A stretch of 64,000 nt of DNA, taken from assembly GCA_965228895.1 (NCBI GenBank), contig OZ245842.1:1728001-1792000 (forward strand), given 5' to 3'. The notes beneath the pieces were generated by a model. That model was not told the DNA's origin, ran no database searches, and worked only from the letters and a program-made list of their open reading frames with translations. Origin of the DNA: Alphaproteobacteria bacterium (GTDB lineage Bacteria; Pseudomonadota; Alphaproteobacteria; SP197). The position numbers and the translations under genes are program-made. Shown piece by piece: positions 18,909 to 28,913 of the stretch (positions within the stretch are counted from its first letter, which is position 1; each line of letters begins with the position of its first letter).

Positions 18909-20173
18909 TGCTTGCGGCTGCTCTCGGCGAGGTCGCGGTCCATCTGGTCGCGTACCGTCTTCATGGCAATGGCGGCGCCGATCGTGGACGTCCTGGGAAC
19001 ACCGACATAAGGGTGTTGTTCTTCGAGCGGCCGGGTTGCACGCTGCGTCATGCGAAAGAGCGCGAACAAGCCGAGCGAAAGATGAGCTGCGGCCAGAAAC
19101 CAGAAAAAACCTGCCGGACCGAACTCCGCCATGGCGACGCCCGTGATTACCGGGCCAGCCATGCCGCCTATGCCACCGGCCATGAGTAGGCCGCTGGAGG
19201 CTGCGACCATCTGTTTGGGTGAAAGGAAGTCGTTGGTGTGCGCGACGGCCAGCGAATAGATGGGAAATGACAGGCCGCCCAGGAGCGCGCCGATGGTCAG
19301 CAGCACGGGCGCGGTCTCGATGTCCAGGGTCGCGCCCGCGACGGCAACCAGGCCCGCCAGAATGCTGGCTGCCGTCAAGATCTGACGCCGATCGAAGTGG
19401 TCGCTCAAGCGACCAATCGGCCACTGCAGGATCATGCCGCCCAGGACCATGGCGGTGATGAAGAGGGAAATGTCGGCAAGCGACATGCCGATCTCCTGAG
19501 CGTAGACCGCGCCCAGGCCGATCATGGTGCCGGCCGCTGCGCCCTGCAGCATGGACCCCGCGACGCCGAGCGGCGAGATACGCGCCAATTGGCGCAGCCC
19601 CAGCTTGTCATTGGCCTGGAACTCAGGTGCGGGATAGGCGGTGAGCGAAATCGGCACGACCGCAAGCGAGACAAGAACGGCCGCGACGATGAAGAGCACG
19701 AAACCGTCCGGACTGGCCGTGTTCATCAGCAGCGGTCCCAAGGCCATGGAGCCCAGCATGATCACCATGTAGACGGAGAGCAGTTGACCGCGGGTTTTGT
19801 TCGTCGAGCGATCGTTGAGCCAGCTCTCCGCGACGATGTAGAGGCTCGCATAGGCGAACCCGGTCAAGACCCGCATGAGAGTCCAGATCACCGGCTCTAC
19901 CGCGACGGCATGGATCAACGGGGCGATCGACGCGATCGAGGCCATGGCGCCGAACACGCGGATATGGCCAACCCGCGTGACAAGACGCGGTGTCAATGTG
20001 GACCCGATCAGGAAGCCGACAAAGTAACCGGCCATGATGATGCCGGTCACCTCGGTCGGAAAACCAGCCAAGGTCGCGCGAACGCCAAGAAGGGTGCCCT
20101 GAAGCCCGGCGCCCAACATAAGAAGCCCGATGCCCAGCAGAAGAGCCCAGATGGAGACGACGGCAGCCAGCAT
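18905..20173 (-). CDS. MFS transporter (YcaD-like)
   Basis: About 12 TMs; RVGHIR, ESWLN...RGQ and QWPIGRLSDHFDRR motifs. Confidence 0.9.
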   Translation of the reverse strand: MLAAVVSIWALLLGIGLLMLGAGLQGTLLGVRATLAGFPTEVTGIIMAGYFVGFLIGSTLTPRLVTRVGHIRVFGAMASIASIAPLIHAVAVEPVIWTLMRVLTGFAYASLYIVAESWLNDRSTNKTRGQLLSVYMVIMLGSMALGPLLMNTASPDGFVLFIVAAVLVSLAVVPISLTAYPAPEFQANDKLGLRQLARISPLGVAGSMLQGAAAGTMIGLGAVYAQEIGMSLADISLFITAMVLGGMILQWPIGRLSDHFDRRQILTAASILAGLVAVAGATLDIETAPVLLTIGALLGGLSFPIYSLAVAHTNDFLSPKQMVAASSGLLMAGGIGGMAGPVITGVAMAEFGPAGFFWFLAAAHLSLGLFALFRMTQRATRPLEEQHPYVGVPRTSTIGAAIAMKTVRDQMDRDLAESSRKH

Positions 20174-20330
20174 GGTCGCGGCACCCCAAGGAATTGCGGC
20201 GGGGCTTATGCGCGATTTGTCCGGTGAAATCCATCCAAATCGTACGGTGGCGGCGCACCGGCGCGCGTTTCTTGACGACCCGGACTCGGCGTTCGAGACT
20301 GGCGGCTCTTCAGACGGCAGAGGAGGGGCC

Positions 20331-21170
20331 GTGACCATCACGTTGAAACCTCTGGCCGACGCCCTTGGCGTCGTGGTCGAAGGCCTTGACCTCGCCCAGC
20401 CGATTGCGCTTGAGACAGCCGAGCAGCTGCGTGACGCTTGGGCCAAGCACCACCTTCTCCTGCTGCGTGGTCAAGACATTGACGAGGAGCAGCAGGTCGC
20501 CTTCGCGACCTTGTTCGGGCCGATCTCGCACCGTGGCGCCTATATGAAGGACCGCCAGGCGAGTCATGTTTCTAATGTGCGCGCGGATGGCATTCTTGGT
20601 GGCGGGGTGCTGCACTTTCATTCGGACCACACGTTCTTTGCACGCCCGCTCAAGGCGATCTGTCTTTATGCGATCGACGTGCCGTCCTCCGGTGGCGAAA
20701 CACTGTTTGCCAACGCGATCCTTGCCTATGGGAACCTTCCCGATGACATGAAGGCGCGCATTGCCGGGCTGAGCTCGGTGCAGCTATTCGACTACACCGG
20801 CGACTACAACCGGAGGACCCTGCTGGAAGATGCGCCGGCCGACGCGCCACGATGCGATCACCCGCTGGTCAAGACCGACGAGGCGACGGGCGAGAAGCTG
20901 CTGTTCCTGCACGAACACACGACTGCGGCGATTCCCGGCCTCGACCATGACGGGGTCGACGCGCTGTTCGCCGATCTCATGCCCTATCTCAACGATCCCG
21001 ATATCGGCTACCGCCATACCTGGTCGCCGGGCGACGTGCTGCTGTGGAACAACATGACACTTCAGCATGCGCGGACTGACTTTGACCAAAGTCAGGCGCG
21101 AACCATACGGCGTGTGCCGATCGCAGTCAGCGACGCCGAAGCCCATGACGCCACCGCGACCGCCGCATAA
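20331..21170 (+). CDS. TauD/TfdA-family Fe(II)/2-oxoglutarate dioxygenase
   Basis: GAGGAGG RBS + GTG; FHSD (HxD), GGETLF, HPLV, W.PGDVLLWNN...QHAR. Confidence 0.9.
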   Translation: MTITLKPLADALGVVVEGLDLAQPIALETAEQLRDAWAKHHLLLLRGQDIDEEQQVAFATLFGPISHRGAYMKDRQASHVSNVRADGILGGGVLHFHSDHTFFARPLKAICLYAIDVPSSGGETLFANAILAYGNLPDDMKARIAGLSSVQLFDYTGDYNRRTLLEDAPADAPRCDHPLVKTDEATGEKLLFLHEHTTAAIPGLDHDGVDALFADLMPYLNDPDIGYRHTWSPGDVLLWNNMTLQHARTDFDQSQARTIRRVPIAVSDAEAHDATATAA

Positions 21171-21192
21171 AGGTCGCTAGGAAAGGGACGAA

Positions 21193-22038
21193 ATGAGCAC
21201 ACCGCTTGTCGACACCGCCGTCGCCTGGCCTGGCGGCGCCCAATGCGCGGTCATGTTGAGTTTCGACTTTGACGCGGAGACCCTGTGGATCGGCCGCGAC
21301 CGCGCCAATTGGAAACGCCCGGGGGTTCTTTCTCAAGGCAAGTACGGCGCCAAGCTTGGCGTGCCCAAGGTTCTTGAGACGCTCGATGATGCCGGCATCA
21401 AGGCGACCTTCTTCGTGCCCGGCTGGACGGCGGAAAACCACACCGATCGCGTCGAGGCGATCGTCGGGGCGGGGCATGAGGTCGGCCACCACAGTTATCT
21501 GCACGAATGGATCGACCCGGAGGATCCGGCCGCCGAGGAGGCCGAACTCGACAAAGGCCTGGAGGCGCTCGCCAAGACAGTTGGCGTCACGCCCAAGGGA
21601 TACCGGTCACCGGCTGGCGAAACCAGCGACAACATGGTGCGCCTATTGACTGACCGTGGTTTCCTCTACGACAGCTCCATGATGGATGACATCAACCCCT
21701 ATCGCCATGTTCTGGCCGACGGCTCGCCCGGTGTCGTCGAGGTGCCCTGGCACTGGAGCCTGGACGATGCGATCTACCTGCTGTTTTCGATCCGCAATCC
21801 CCGGCCGGTCTTCACCAACAGCCACATCCTGGAAGTCTGGCAGGAGGAGTTCCGCGAAATCTATCGCTGGGGCGGGTTGTTCGATTTGGTCATGCACCCG
21901 CAAATCATCGGCCGCCCGTCGCGTATCGCGCTGCTGCGTGAGTTCATCGCCTGGATCAAGACCTTCCCGAATGTGTGGTTCGCGACCGGCAGCGAGGTCG
22001 CCGACGCGTGGCTGGCGCAGGCGGGCGAGGGCAGCTAA
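21193..22038 (+). CDS. polysaccharide deacetylase family protein (CE4, PuuE/PgdA-like)
   Basis: SFDFD, ATFFVPG, HEVGHHSYLHE, GYRSP, YDSS, MHPQIIGRPSR. Confidence 0.9.
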   Translation: MSTPLVDTAVAWPGGAQCAVMLSFDFDAETLWIGRDRANWKRPGVLSQGKYGAKLGVPKVLETLDDAGIKATFFVPGWTAENHTDRVEAIVGAGHEVGHHSYLHEWIDPEDPAAEEAELDKGLEALAKTVGVTPKGYRSPAGETSDNMVRLLTDRGFLYDSSMMDDINPYRHVLADGSPGVVEVPWHWSLDDAIYLLFSIRNPRPVFTNSHILEVWQEEFREIYRWGGLFDLVMHPQIIGRPSRIALLREFIAWIKTFPNVWFATGSEVADAWLAQAGEGS

Positions 22039-23912
22039 CGCGCTGAGAAGATCGGTTTGTCTTCCTTGATCGTTTCGACGATCTCGATGTCCTTCAGCGC
22101 TGAGGCGTCGACGGTATAGGGATCGTCGGCGAGTATCACGAGGTCGGTCAGCTTGCCGGGCGTGATGGTGCCCTTTAGATCGTCTTCGAAGTGCTGGTAG
22201 GCGCCTTCGATGGTCATGGCCTTTAACGCGGTCTCAACATTGATTTGCTGATCCGGTCCCAGGACGGCGCCGCTTCGTGTCTGGCGGTTGATCGCTGACC
22301 ACAGCAACATGCGGGAGTCCGACGGCACGACCGGTGAGTCGTTGTGCAAAGTGAAGCGTACGTCACGCGCACGTGCCGATGCGGTCGGCGAAATGCGCGC
22401 GGCGCGTTCAGGACCCATCACGGAGTCCCGGTGCCAGTCGCCCCAGTAGAATGTGTGCGTGACGAAGAAGGACGCCATCATGCCGAGCGCTGCCATGCGG
22501 TCGAGCTGGTCGTCGCGCGCCATCTGGGCGTGGATCATGACCGGCCGGCGGTCCGCGGTGCCGCAGCGCTCGGTCGCTTTGCCGACGGCATCGATGAACT
22601 GGTTGCCGGCCGCATCGCCGTTGCAATGCGCCAAGACCTGCCAGCCCCGCTCAAACAGGGCCTCGACCAGAGCGGCCAGGTCGTCGTCGGTCACCAGCGG
22701 ATAGCCCGCGTAACCGGCTTCGCGTCCGACGGGCGGTATGAGATAGGGCTCGGTCAGCCAGGCGGTCTTGCCCTGGGGCGAACCATCGAGCATCAGTTTT
22801 GCGCCGCCTAACCTGAGTCTGTCGTCGTAGGCGTCGGGCACGTAACTGCTGGCGTCGAGCGCGGCAACGGAATCGAAGAGCGGGTAGGCGACCACGTCAA
22901 GATCAAGGCGTCCGGCCGCGTTGGCGGCCCGTAGCAAGTCCATTTCATAGTCGCGAGTCGCACCGTCTTGCGCCGTCGTGATCCCCCACGCCGCGTAGTT
23001 CCGCTGGGCCGTATCAAGAAAGTCGAGCAGGTGAGTCGGCTTGAACTCGGGCAGGTGGTCCTGGAACAGAAGCAGCGCGTTTTCCTCGACGATGCCGCTC
23101 GGAACGGTGCCGCCGGCCTGGCGACGAACGACGCCGCCGTCCGGGTCAGTCATCGCTGCCGTCACGCCGGCCAATTCGAGCGCCTTTGAATTGGCGACGG
23201 CAAGGTGTCCGGAAACATGCCAGATGAAGATCGGCTGGTCCGTGGTGATCGCGTCCAAATCATCGCGATCGGGATGGCGTTGTTCGGCGAGCAACGATTC
23301 GTCATAGCCCGCACCCAGCAGCCAGCCGCCAAATCCGCCATCGTTCATATCGCGATAGCGGCGCAAAGCCTGCTGCAGATCGGCGATGCTCTGGACCGGA
23401 CCGGCCGGCGGCGGCTGAAGGTCGGCGAACCCAAAATACATCCCTGTGCTCGCCAGATGTCCGTGGCCATCAATGAAACCCGGCAGTACGACAAGCCCAT
23501 CCAGGTCGTCGATGCGTGTCGTCGTACCGGCTAGCGCCATCATCTCGTCATCCGATCCCACGGCGGTGATCCGGCCGCCTGAAGACGCCAGCGCCTGCGC
23601 GCCGGGCCGGTCGTCATCCATCGTGATGATCCGCGCGCCGCGATAGATGACATCCGGTGGCCCATCCGGTATCGCCTCGGACCCGATACCGCGTCCGAAT
23701 CCGGCAAGTGCCGCGCCCGCCAGTTCCGATGGGGCGCCTTGCTGACGGCTACCAAACTCCGCCATGCCACCACCAACCAGGGCCGCGGCGGCGACTGCAC
23801 CGCCCAGGATTTCGCGACGCGCCGGCATGTCTCGACGCGGTCCCATGAGCGGCCAAAGGTAGGGGCTGCAACAGCCGCAACCGGGCTGAGGCTTGTCATG
23901 GTCATGGCTCAT
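22035..23912 (-). CDS. amidohydrolase (YtcJ-like, Amidohydro_3) with Tat-like leader
   Basis: PGFIDGHGH, SGHLAVANS, KLMLDGSPQGKTA, HCNGDAA, IHAQ, HNDSP, GTITPGKLTD. Confidence 0.9.
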   Translation of the reverse strand: MSHDHDKPQPGCGCCSPYLWPLMGPRRDMPARREILGGAVAAAALVGGGMAEFGSRQQGAPSELAGAALAGFGRGIGSEAIPDGPPDVIYRGARIITMDDDRPGAQALASSGGRITAVGSDDEMMALAGTTTRIDDLDGLVVLPGFIDGHGHLASTGMYFGFADLQPPPAGPVQSIADLQQALRRYRDMNDGGFGGWLLGAGYDESLLAEQRHPDRDDLDAITTDQPIFIWHVSGHLAVANSKALELAGVTAAMTDPDGGVVRRQAGGTVPSGIVEENALLLFQDHLPEFKPTHLLDFLDTAQRNYAAWGITTAQDGATRDYEMDLLRAANAAGRLDLDVVAYPLFDSVAALDASSYVPDAYDDRLRLGGAKLMLDGSPQGKTAWLTEPYLIPPVGREAGYAGYPLVTDDDLAALVEALFERGWQVLAHCNGDAAGNQFIDAVGKATERCGTADRRPVMIHAQMARDDQLDRMAALGMMASFFVTHTFYWGDWHRDSVMGPERAARISPTASARARDVRFTLHNDSPVVPSDSRMLLWSAINRQTRSGAVLGPDQQINVETALKAMTIEGAYQHFEDDLKGTITPGKLTDLVILADDPYTVDASALKDIEIVETIKEDKPIFSAR

Positions 23913-23940
23913 CGATCGCTACCTCGCTAAGCGTCGTGCC

Positions 23941-24708
23941 CTAATCGAATTGGGAGAAATCGGGCGCACGTTTTTCCATAAAGGCATTGAACGCTTCCTG
24001 GGCTTCGGGCGAACGCACACGCTCGAAAAAAGGCTCCATCTCGTCGCGAATACGCTGATCCAGCGGTAGGCGCGCGTTCCTCACCATCGCCTTGGTCACC
24101 CGGAGTGCCGCGGCCGGTTTAGCGGCCAGACGCGCGGCACGGGCGACAGTTTCGGACTCCAGTTGGCCGTCGTCGAAGATCGCGTTGACCATACCGGCGG
24201 ATTTTGCCGTCTCGGCATCGAAACGATCGGCAAAAAGAAAAAGCTCCATCGCCTTTTGGTGACCGCAGACCAAAGGCAGCAACATGGTCGCGCCGGCCTC
24301 GGGAAACAGGCCGAGGTCGACAAAGGGAAACGAGAAGGTCGCGCTGCGCGACGCATAGACGAGATCGCAATGCAGCAGCATCGTGGCGCCTACGCCGACG
24401 GCAAATCCATTGACCGCGGCGATCAGGGGTTTGTTGAGTGTCGCCAGCGCATTCAGGAAGTGGTCGGGCGGCCGTTGGCCGGGTTCCGATTTGCCGCCGA
24501 CAAAACTCGAAACGTCATTGCCGCTGGTAAAAGCGTCGCCCGTGCCGGTGATCCTGATGACCCTGACCTTCGGGTCGGCATCCGCCGACCGCAGGGCATC
24601 GGCGGACGCCGTGTACATCTCCCAGGTCAGCGCATTCTTTTTGTCGGGACGGTTAAGCCGGATATGCATGACGCCGTCTTTTGTCTCGACCACCACGTGA
24701 TCGGCCAT
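23941..24708 (-). CDS. enoyl-CoA hydratase/isomerase family protein
   Basis: LNRPDKKNALT, FTSGND, KPLIAAVNG, LLHCDLV, PEAG; GAGGGGGAGG RBS. Confidence 0.9.
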   Translation of the reverse strand: MADHVVVETKDGVMHIRLNRPDKKNALTWEMYTASADALRSADADPKVRVIRITGTGDAFTSGNDVSSFVGGKSEPGQRPPDHFLNALATLNKPLIAAVNGFAVGVGATMLLHCDLVYASRSATFSFPFVDLGLFPEAGATMLLPLVCGHQKAMELFLFADRFDAETAKSAGMVNAIFDDGQLESETVARAARLAAKPAAALRVTKAMVRNARLPLDQRIRDEMEPFFERVRSPEAQEAFNAFMEKRAPDFSQFD

Positions 24709-24791
24709 GGCTTTGTCCTCCCCCTCATCGTCGCCGTTCGGCCATGTTATAGATGCGCGACGCTCTGACCAGTCGCATGAGGGAGCCACGC

Positions 24792-25565
24792 ATGGGGACA
24801 TTTCGTTTCGCCGGCCAGACCGCGATTGTAACCGGCGCTGCCGGCGGTATCGGCCGGGCGACGGCCCTGCGTCTGGCCACCGAGGGCGCGTGCGTACTGG
24901 CCGTCGACATCAAGCAGGACGCACTGGCCGAGACCGTCGACCTGGCCGATGAGGCACAGATCGTACCCATGATCGCCGACCTGACCGACCGGGATGCACC
25001 GAGGACGGTTGTCAATGAGGCCCTTGACCAGTTCGGCAGCGTCGACATCCTGGTCAACAACGCAGGCATCAGCGGGCGCAACCGCCGCGGCGGTGGCGAC
25101 ATCGATGACCAGGAATGGGAGGCGATTATCGATATGAACGCCTCGTCTGTGTACCGCATGGCACGGGCGGCCCTGCCGCACTTGCCACGTCCCGGCGGCA
25201 GGATTGTCAACATCAGTTCGGTCTTCGGCCTGGTCGGCTTTCCCGGCTCGCCTGGCTATGCCGCCGCGAAAGGGGCGGTTGCCCAACTGACCCGGCAGAT
25301 GGCGTCCGACTACGCTGCCGAGGGCGTCAACATCAACGCGATCGCACCGGGTGTCATCGAGACGGCGATGACGACGGAGAGCATCAGCAACGATCCCTGG
25401 TACCATGACGCCATGATCAAGACATCGCCGATGGGGATCGGCCAGCCAGACGATATCGCCGGCGTCGTCGCGTTCCTCTGTTCCGATGATGCGCGCTATG
25501 TGAACGGCCAGGTCATCGCGGTCGATGGCGGTTGGTCGACGACGCGGTACTGGCCGAGGTCATGA
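24792..25565 (+). CDS. short-chain dehydrogenase/reductase (SDR)
   Basis: TGAAGGIG, NNAG, YAAAK, NAIAPG. Confidence 0.92.
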   Translation: MGTFRFAGQTAIVTGAAGGIGRATALRLATEGACVLAVDIKQDALAETVDLADEAQIVPMIADLTDRDAPRTVVNEALDQFGSVDILVNNAGISGRNRRGGGDIDDQEWEAIIDMNASSVYRMARAALPHLPRPGGRIVNISSVFGLVGFPGSPGYAAAKGAVAQLTRQMASDYAAEGVNINAIAPGVIETAMTTESISNDPWYHDAMIKTSPMGIGQPDDIAGVVAFLCSDDARYVNGQVIAVDGGWSTTRYWPRS

Positions 25566-26572
25566 CCATCGCGCGCTCACGTGTTTTTAACGTGCAGCCT
25601 CTGCCGGGCGCCACGTTCGGCGGCCTTATCGACGTCGACGACATCAACGGGTTTCTGGCGGCGGCTGAAGCCGCGCCCGACGACTTGATGAGCGCCATGA
25701 TCGATGGTCATGGCCTGCTGCTGTTGAAGGGGTTTCAGGCGATCGCCGATGATCCTGGGATGCTGGTGGCGCTCAGCAGACTGTTTGGCGAGGAGGTCGA
25801 GAACTATCGGCTGACCGCGACGGATCAAAACTGCATCCATGCCGATCATCCGGAAATCCTGGTTCTGACCAACCTGCCGCCGTGCGACAAGCAGCCGCCG
25901 GCGAAACCGGAACCGGCCGTGTTGCCGGATGGCGGTTTCCCGCTGCAGTTCCCGCTGCGTCGCGGCTGGCACACCGACCAGAGTTTCCGCCGACCGCCGC
26001 CGGATATCTCGCTCTTCTGTGCGCTGGTGCCGGCGCCCAAAGGGCAGGGGCAGACGCTCTATGCCGACGGCATCGGTGCTTACGAGGCCTTGTCGGACGA
26101 TATGAAGGCGCGGATCGAGCATCTGGAAGGTCTGCACATCATCCCCGGCAGCGGCCGCGCGGAGTACGCCGTGCGCGCCGGCGAGACGCCGCGCGACCTG
26201 GAGCCGCGCGAGGCGCCGCAGTCTCAGCCGGTGGTGCGCGTCCATCCGGTGACCGGCCAGAAAGCGCTCTATCTGTGCGAGGCCGGTCAGATGGACTGGG
26301 TCGAGGGGCCCTTGATCGGCATGGAGCCGGGTATCCATGGCGATGGCGCCAAGCTGCTCTATGACCTCATGGAGCATTTTACGCAGCCGCGCTTTGCCTA
26401 TGCGCACGAGTGGGAAGCCGGTGACCTCATCGTCTACGACAACCGATGCACGATCCACTGCGCCACGTGGTTCGATGCCGAGCAGTACGATCGCGTGATG
26501 TGGCGCACGACCGTCTGGGGTAACCCGGGCCCGCTCTATGACGGCGAAGAACGAAGCTGGATGGTGACATGA
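25562..26572 (+). CDS. TauD/TfdA-family dioxygenase
   Basis: ATGA overlap with the SDR; WHTD, QPVVRVHPVTG, WEAGDLIVYDNRCTIH, distal Arg in MWRTT. Confidence 0.9.
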   Translation: MTIARSRVFNVQPLPGATFGGLIDVDDINGFLAAAEAAPDDLMSAMIDGHGLLLLKGFQAIADDPGMLVALSRLFGEEVENYRLTATDQNCIHADHPEILVLTNLPPCDKQPPAKPEPAVLPDGGFPLQFPLRRGWHTDQSFRRPPPDISLFCALVPAPKGQGQTLYADGIGAYEALSDDMKARIEHLEGLHIIPGSGRAEYAVRAGETPRDLEPREAPQSQPVVRVHPVTGQKALYLCEAGQMDWVEGPLIGMEPGIHGDGAKLLYDLMEHFTQPRFAYAHEWEAGDLIVYDNRCTIHCATWFDAEQYDRVMWRTTVWGNPGPLYDGEERSWMVT

Positions 26573-26582
26573 GGGCACAGCG

Positions 26583-27728
26583 ATGAGCGCACCGCGCAAC
26601 CAGCCGGCCTACGACGCCGACGAGATTCTGGACGGCATTCGCGACTGGGTGACGACGGAAAGTCCGACGGTTCATGTCGAGGGCGTCAACCGGATGATGG
26701 ACAAGGCCGAGGAGGCCATGACCCGGCTTGGCGCGACGATCGATCGCCAGCCCGGTATCGACGGCTACGGTGACATCGTCATCGGCCGTGTCGAAGGCCG
26801 GCAGCCGGGACCGGGTGTCCTGGTGCTGGGCCATCTGGATACCGTCCACATGGTCGGCACGCTCGACAACGAATTGCCGTTCCGCCGCGACGGCGATCGC
26901 GTTTACGGTCCGGGTATCTACGATATGAAGGGCGGCATGTTCACCGCCTATTACGCATTGCGCCAGCTCTTGCGCGCCGGTGAGACGCCGGAACTCCCGG
27001 TCACGTTCATGTTCATTTCCGACGAGGAGGTCGGCAGTCCCTCGAACAGGCTGCGCATCGAAGAAATCGCCAACGAGCACAAGTATGTCCTGGTGCCGGA
27101 GCCCGCGAAGGGCGAAACCGGCATGCTTGTCACCGGGCGCTATGCCTTCTTACGCTTTATCGTGCGCGTGCGCGGCAAGCCTGCCCATGCGGGCGCACAG
27201 CTGACCCGAGGCCGCAGCGCCATCGCGGAAATGGCGCAGCAGATCCTCGCCATCGAGGCGATGACTGACAGGGAACGCGGCGTCACCTATAGCGTCGGCG
27301 TTGTAGAGGGCGGCACGTTCGTCAACGTGGTGCCGATTGCGTGCTCGGCCGAAGTCTTGTGCGTCGCGCCGTTCGCCGAAGCCATGGACGAGATCCGCGC
27401 CAACATGGCGTCACTCTCGCCCATCAATCCGGAATGCACAGTCGATGTCGAAGCCGGGCCGGTGCGCCCGCTCTTCGAGCCAAGCGACGCGACACTCGCG
27501 CTTTATGCTGAGGCCGAAAAGATCGCCGGCGAGATCGGCTTTGTACCCGGACACGGCAGCTTCGGCGGCGGCAGTGATGGCAACTTCACCGGCGCTCTCG
27601 GACTGCCGACGCTCGATGGTCTGGGCCTGATGGGCGATGGCGCGCACACCCATGAAGAGCACGTCCTCTATTCGTCGCTGGTGCCGCGCGCGAAACTGTT
27701 GGCGGGTTTGTTCAGGACACTGTCTTAG
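26583..27728 (+). CDS. M20-family metallopeptidase (carboxypeptidase G2-like)
   Basis: GHLDTV, GPGIYDMKGG, SDEEVGS, PEP, AHAG, GGSDGNF, AHTHEEH. Confidence 0.92.
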   Translation: MSAPRNQPAYDADEILDGIRDWVTTESPTVHVEGVNRMMDKAEEAMTRLGATIDRQPGIDGYGDIVIGRVEGRQPGPGVLVLGHLDTVHMVGTLDNELPFRRDGDRVYGPGIYDMKGGMFTAYYALRQLLRAGETPELPVTFMFISDEEVGSPSNRLRIEEIANEHKYVLVPEPAKGETGMLVTGRYAFLRFIVRVRGKPAHAGAQLTRGRSAIAEMAQQILAIEAMTDRERGVTYSVGVVEGGTFVNVVPIACSAEVLCVAPFAEAMDEIRANMASLSPINPECTVDVEAGPVRPLFEPSDATLALYAEAEKIAGEIGFVPGHGSFGGGSDGNFTGALGLPTLDGLGLMGDGAHTHEEHVLYSSLVPRAKLLAGLFRTLS

Positions 27729-27735
27729 ATCGGCG

Positions 27736-28623
27736 TCAGGCGCCGTTCAGCACGATTCGGCCAGTCTCCGCGACATCGTAGCCGCCCATCTGCTTCGCGC
27801 GTTCGCTAAAGCGTTTGGAGCGAGCGAACCACAAGAGGTCCTGCCACGGTTTATCGAAGAAGTCGTGACGCCCGATGACGAGGTCATAGCGTTCGCGGGC
27901 CAGCGGTACGAAGTCGAGATCGAGCTGTTGGGCGACGGCGGCGACGCCGAAACCGGCGTCGGCGCGATCTTCGGCCACGGCCAGGCCGACCTCGGTCTCG
28001 CTCAAGGCCGGGGCGGCGATGATGTTGAGATCGCTGATCGACAAATCCTGTTCGCTCAACAGGTAGCCGAACAGCAGACGGCTTCCGGCTTCCTGTTGGC
28101 GATCGACAAACCGCGGCTGGTCGGCTCTTAGTGGCTCCAGTCCGGTAATCTGTTTGGGGTTGCCCTTGGCAACGATCAGCCCCTGGTCGCGCCAGGCCCA
28201 GGTCATGGCCACCACCGGGCGACCGGCGAGGGTGCGGTGAAGCGTCGGCAGGTTGTGGTCGCCGCTTGCCGGATCGAAGACATGCAGGCCGCAGGCAACG
28301 GCCTCGCCGTCGGCAAACCGGCGAAGCCCGTCCAGGCTGCCGCCGAACATCAACGCCAAGCCGCAACCGGATTCGCGCACGGCCCAGTCGAGCAGGGGAT
28401 CGTGACTGCCGGCGATGATCGGCGGGGGCGATGCCCGGATTTCCGGATCGCCTTTCTGCGCCAGGTTCTGCACCACCCACAGATCGATAACGGTCTTGGG
28501 GAACAGCCACTTGCCGGTGACCCGCGTGCACGGGATTTTGCCCGTCTTGACGAGGTCATAGACCTTGCGTTCCTTGATGCGCAGATAGGCCGCGACCTCG
28601 CGCGTGTTCATCATGTCCGCCAT
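27736..28623 (-). CDS. excisionase-type HTH + PBP-like (molybdate-binding-like) transcriptional regulator
   Basis: MNTREVAAYLRIKERKVYDLV...IPCTRVTGKWLFP HTH; AGSHD, GSLDGL, RQQEAGSR and ERYDLV in the PBP domain. Confidence 0.85.
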   Translation of the reverse strand: MADMMNTREVAAYLRIKERKVYDLVKTGKIPCTRVTGKWLFPKTVIDLWVVQNLAQKGDPEIRASPPPIIAGSHDPLLDWAVRESGCGLALMFGGSLDGLRRFADGEAVACGLHVFDPASGDHNLPTLHRTLAGRPVVAMTWAWRDQGLIVAKGNPKQITGLEPLRADQPRFVDRQQEAGSRLLFGYLLSEQDLSISDLNIIAAPALSETEVGLAVAEDRADAGFGVAAVAQQLDLDFVPLARERYDLVIGRHDFFDKPWQDLLWFARSKRFSERAKQMGGYDVAETGRIVLNGA

Positions 28624-28712
28624 GTGTCCGCCGGGGCAGGGGCCAAAAAAGTTGCGCGATGGCCATTTAGATATCACATGGAGCAAGTCAACGAAGCTGC
28701 CTGATGGACGCC

Positions 28713-28913
28713 ATGCGCCTGCTTATTGCTATTTTTCTGCCGTTTTTGCTGTTTTTCACCATTGGCCGCCCCCTTGCCGGGATCATCTGCCTGATTTTGC
28801 AGATCACCCTGATCGGCTGGATTCCCGCCGCGTTGTGGGCGGTCTACGCCTTGAGCCAGTTCCAGACCGACCGCAAGATCGAGGATATGCATCAGTCGGG
28901 GCACCAGCCATGA
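28713..28913 (+). CDS. YqaE/Pmp3-family small membrane protein
   Basis: IAIFLP...GIICLILQITLIGWIPAALWAVY two-helix signature; alternative start at 28704. Confidence 0.85.
   Translation: MRLLIAIFLPFLLFFTIGRPLAGIICLILQITLIGWIPAALWAVYALSQFQTDRKIEDMHQSGHQP

Noticed and set aside
27736-28623. Excisionase-like HTH as a sign of a prophage or integrative element
   Set aside because: The HTH is fused to a PBP-like sensor domain, a known regulator architecture; no integrase or phage genes are in the window.
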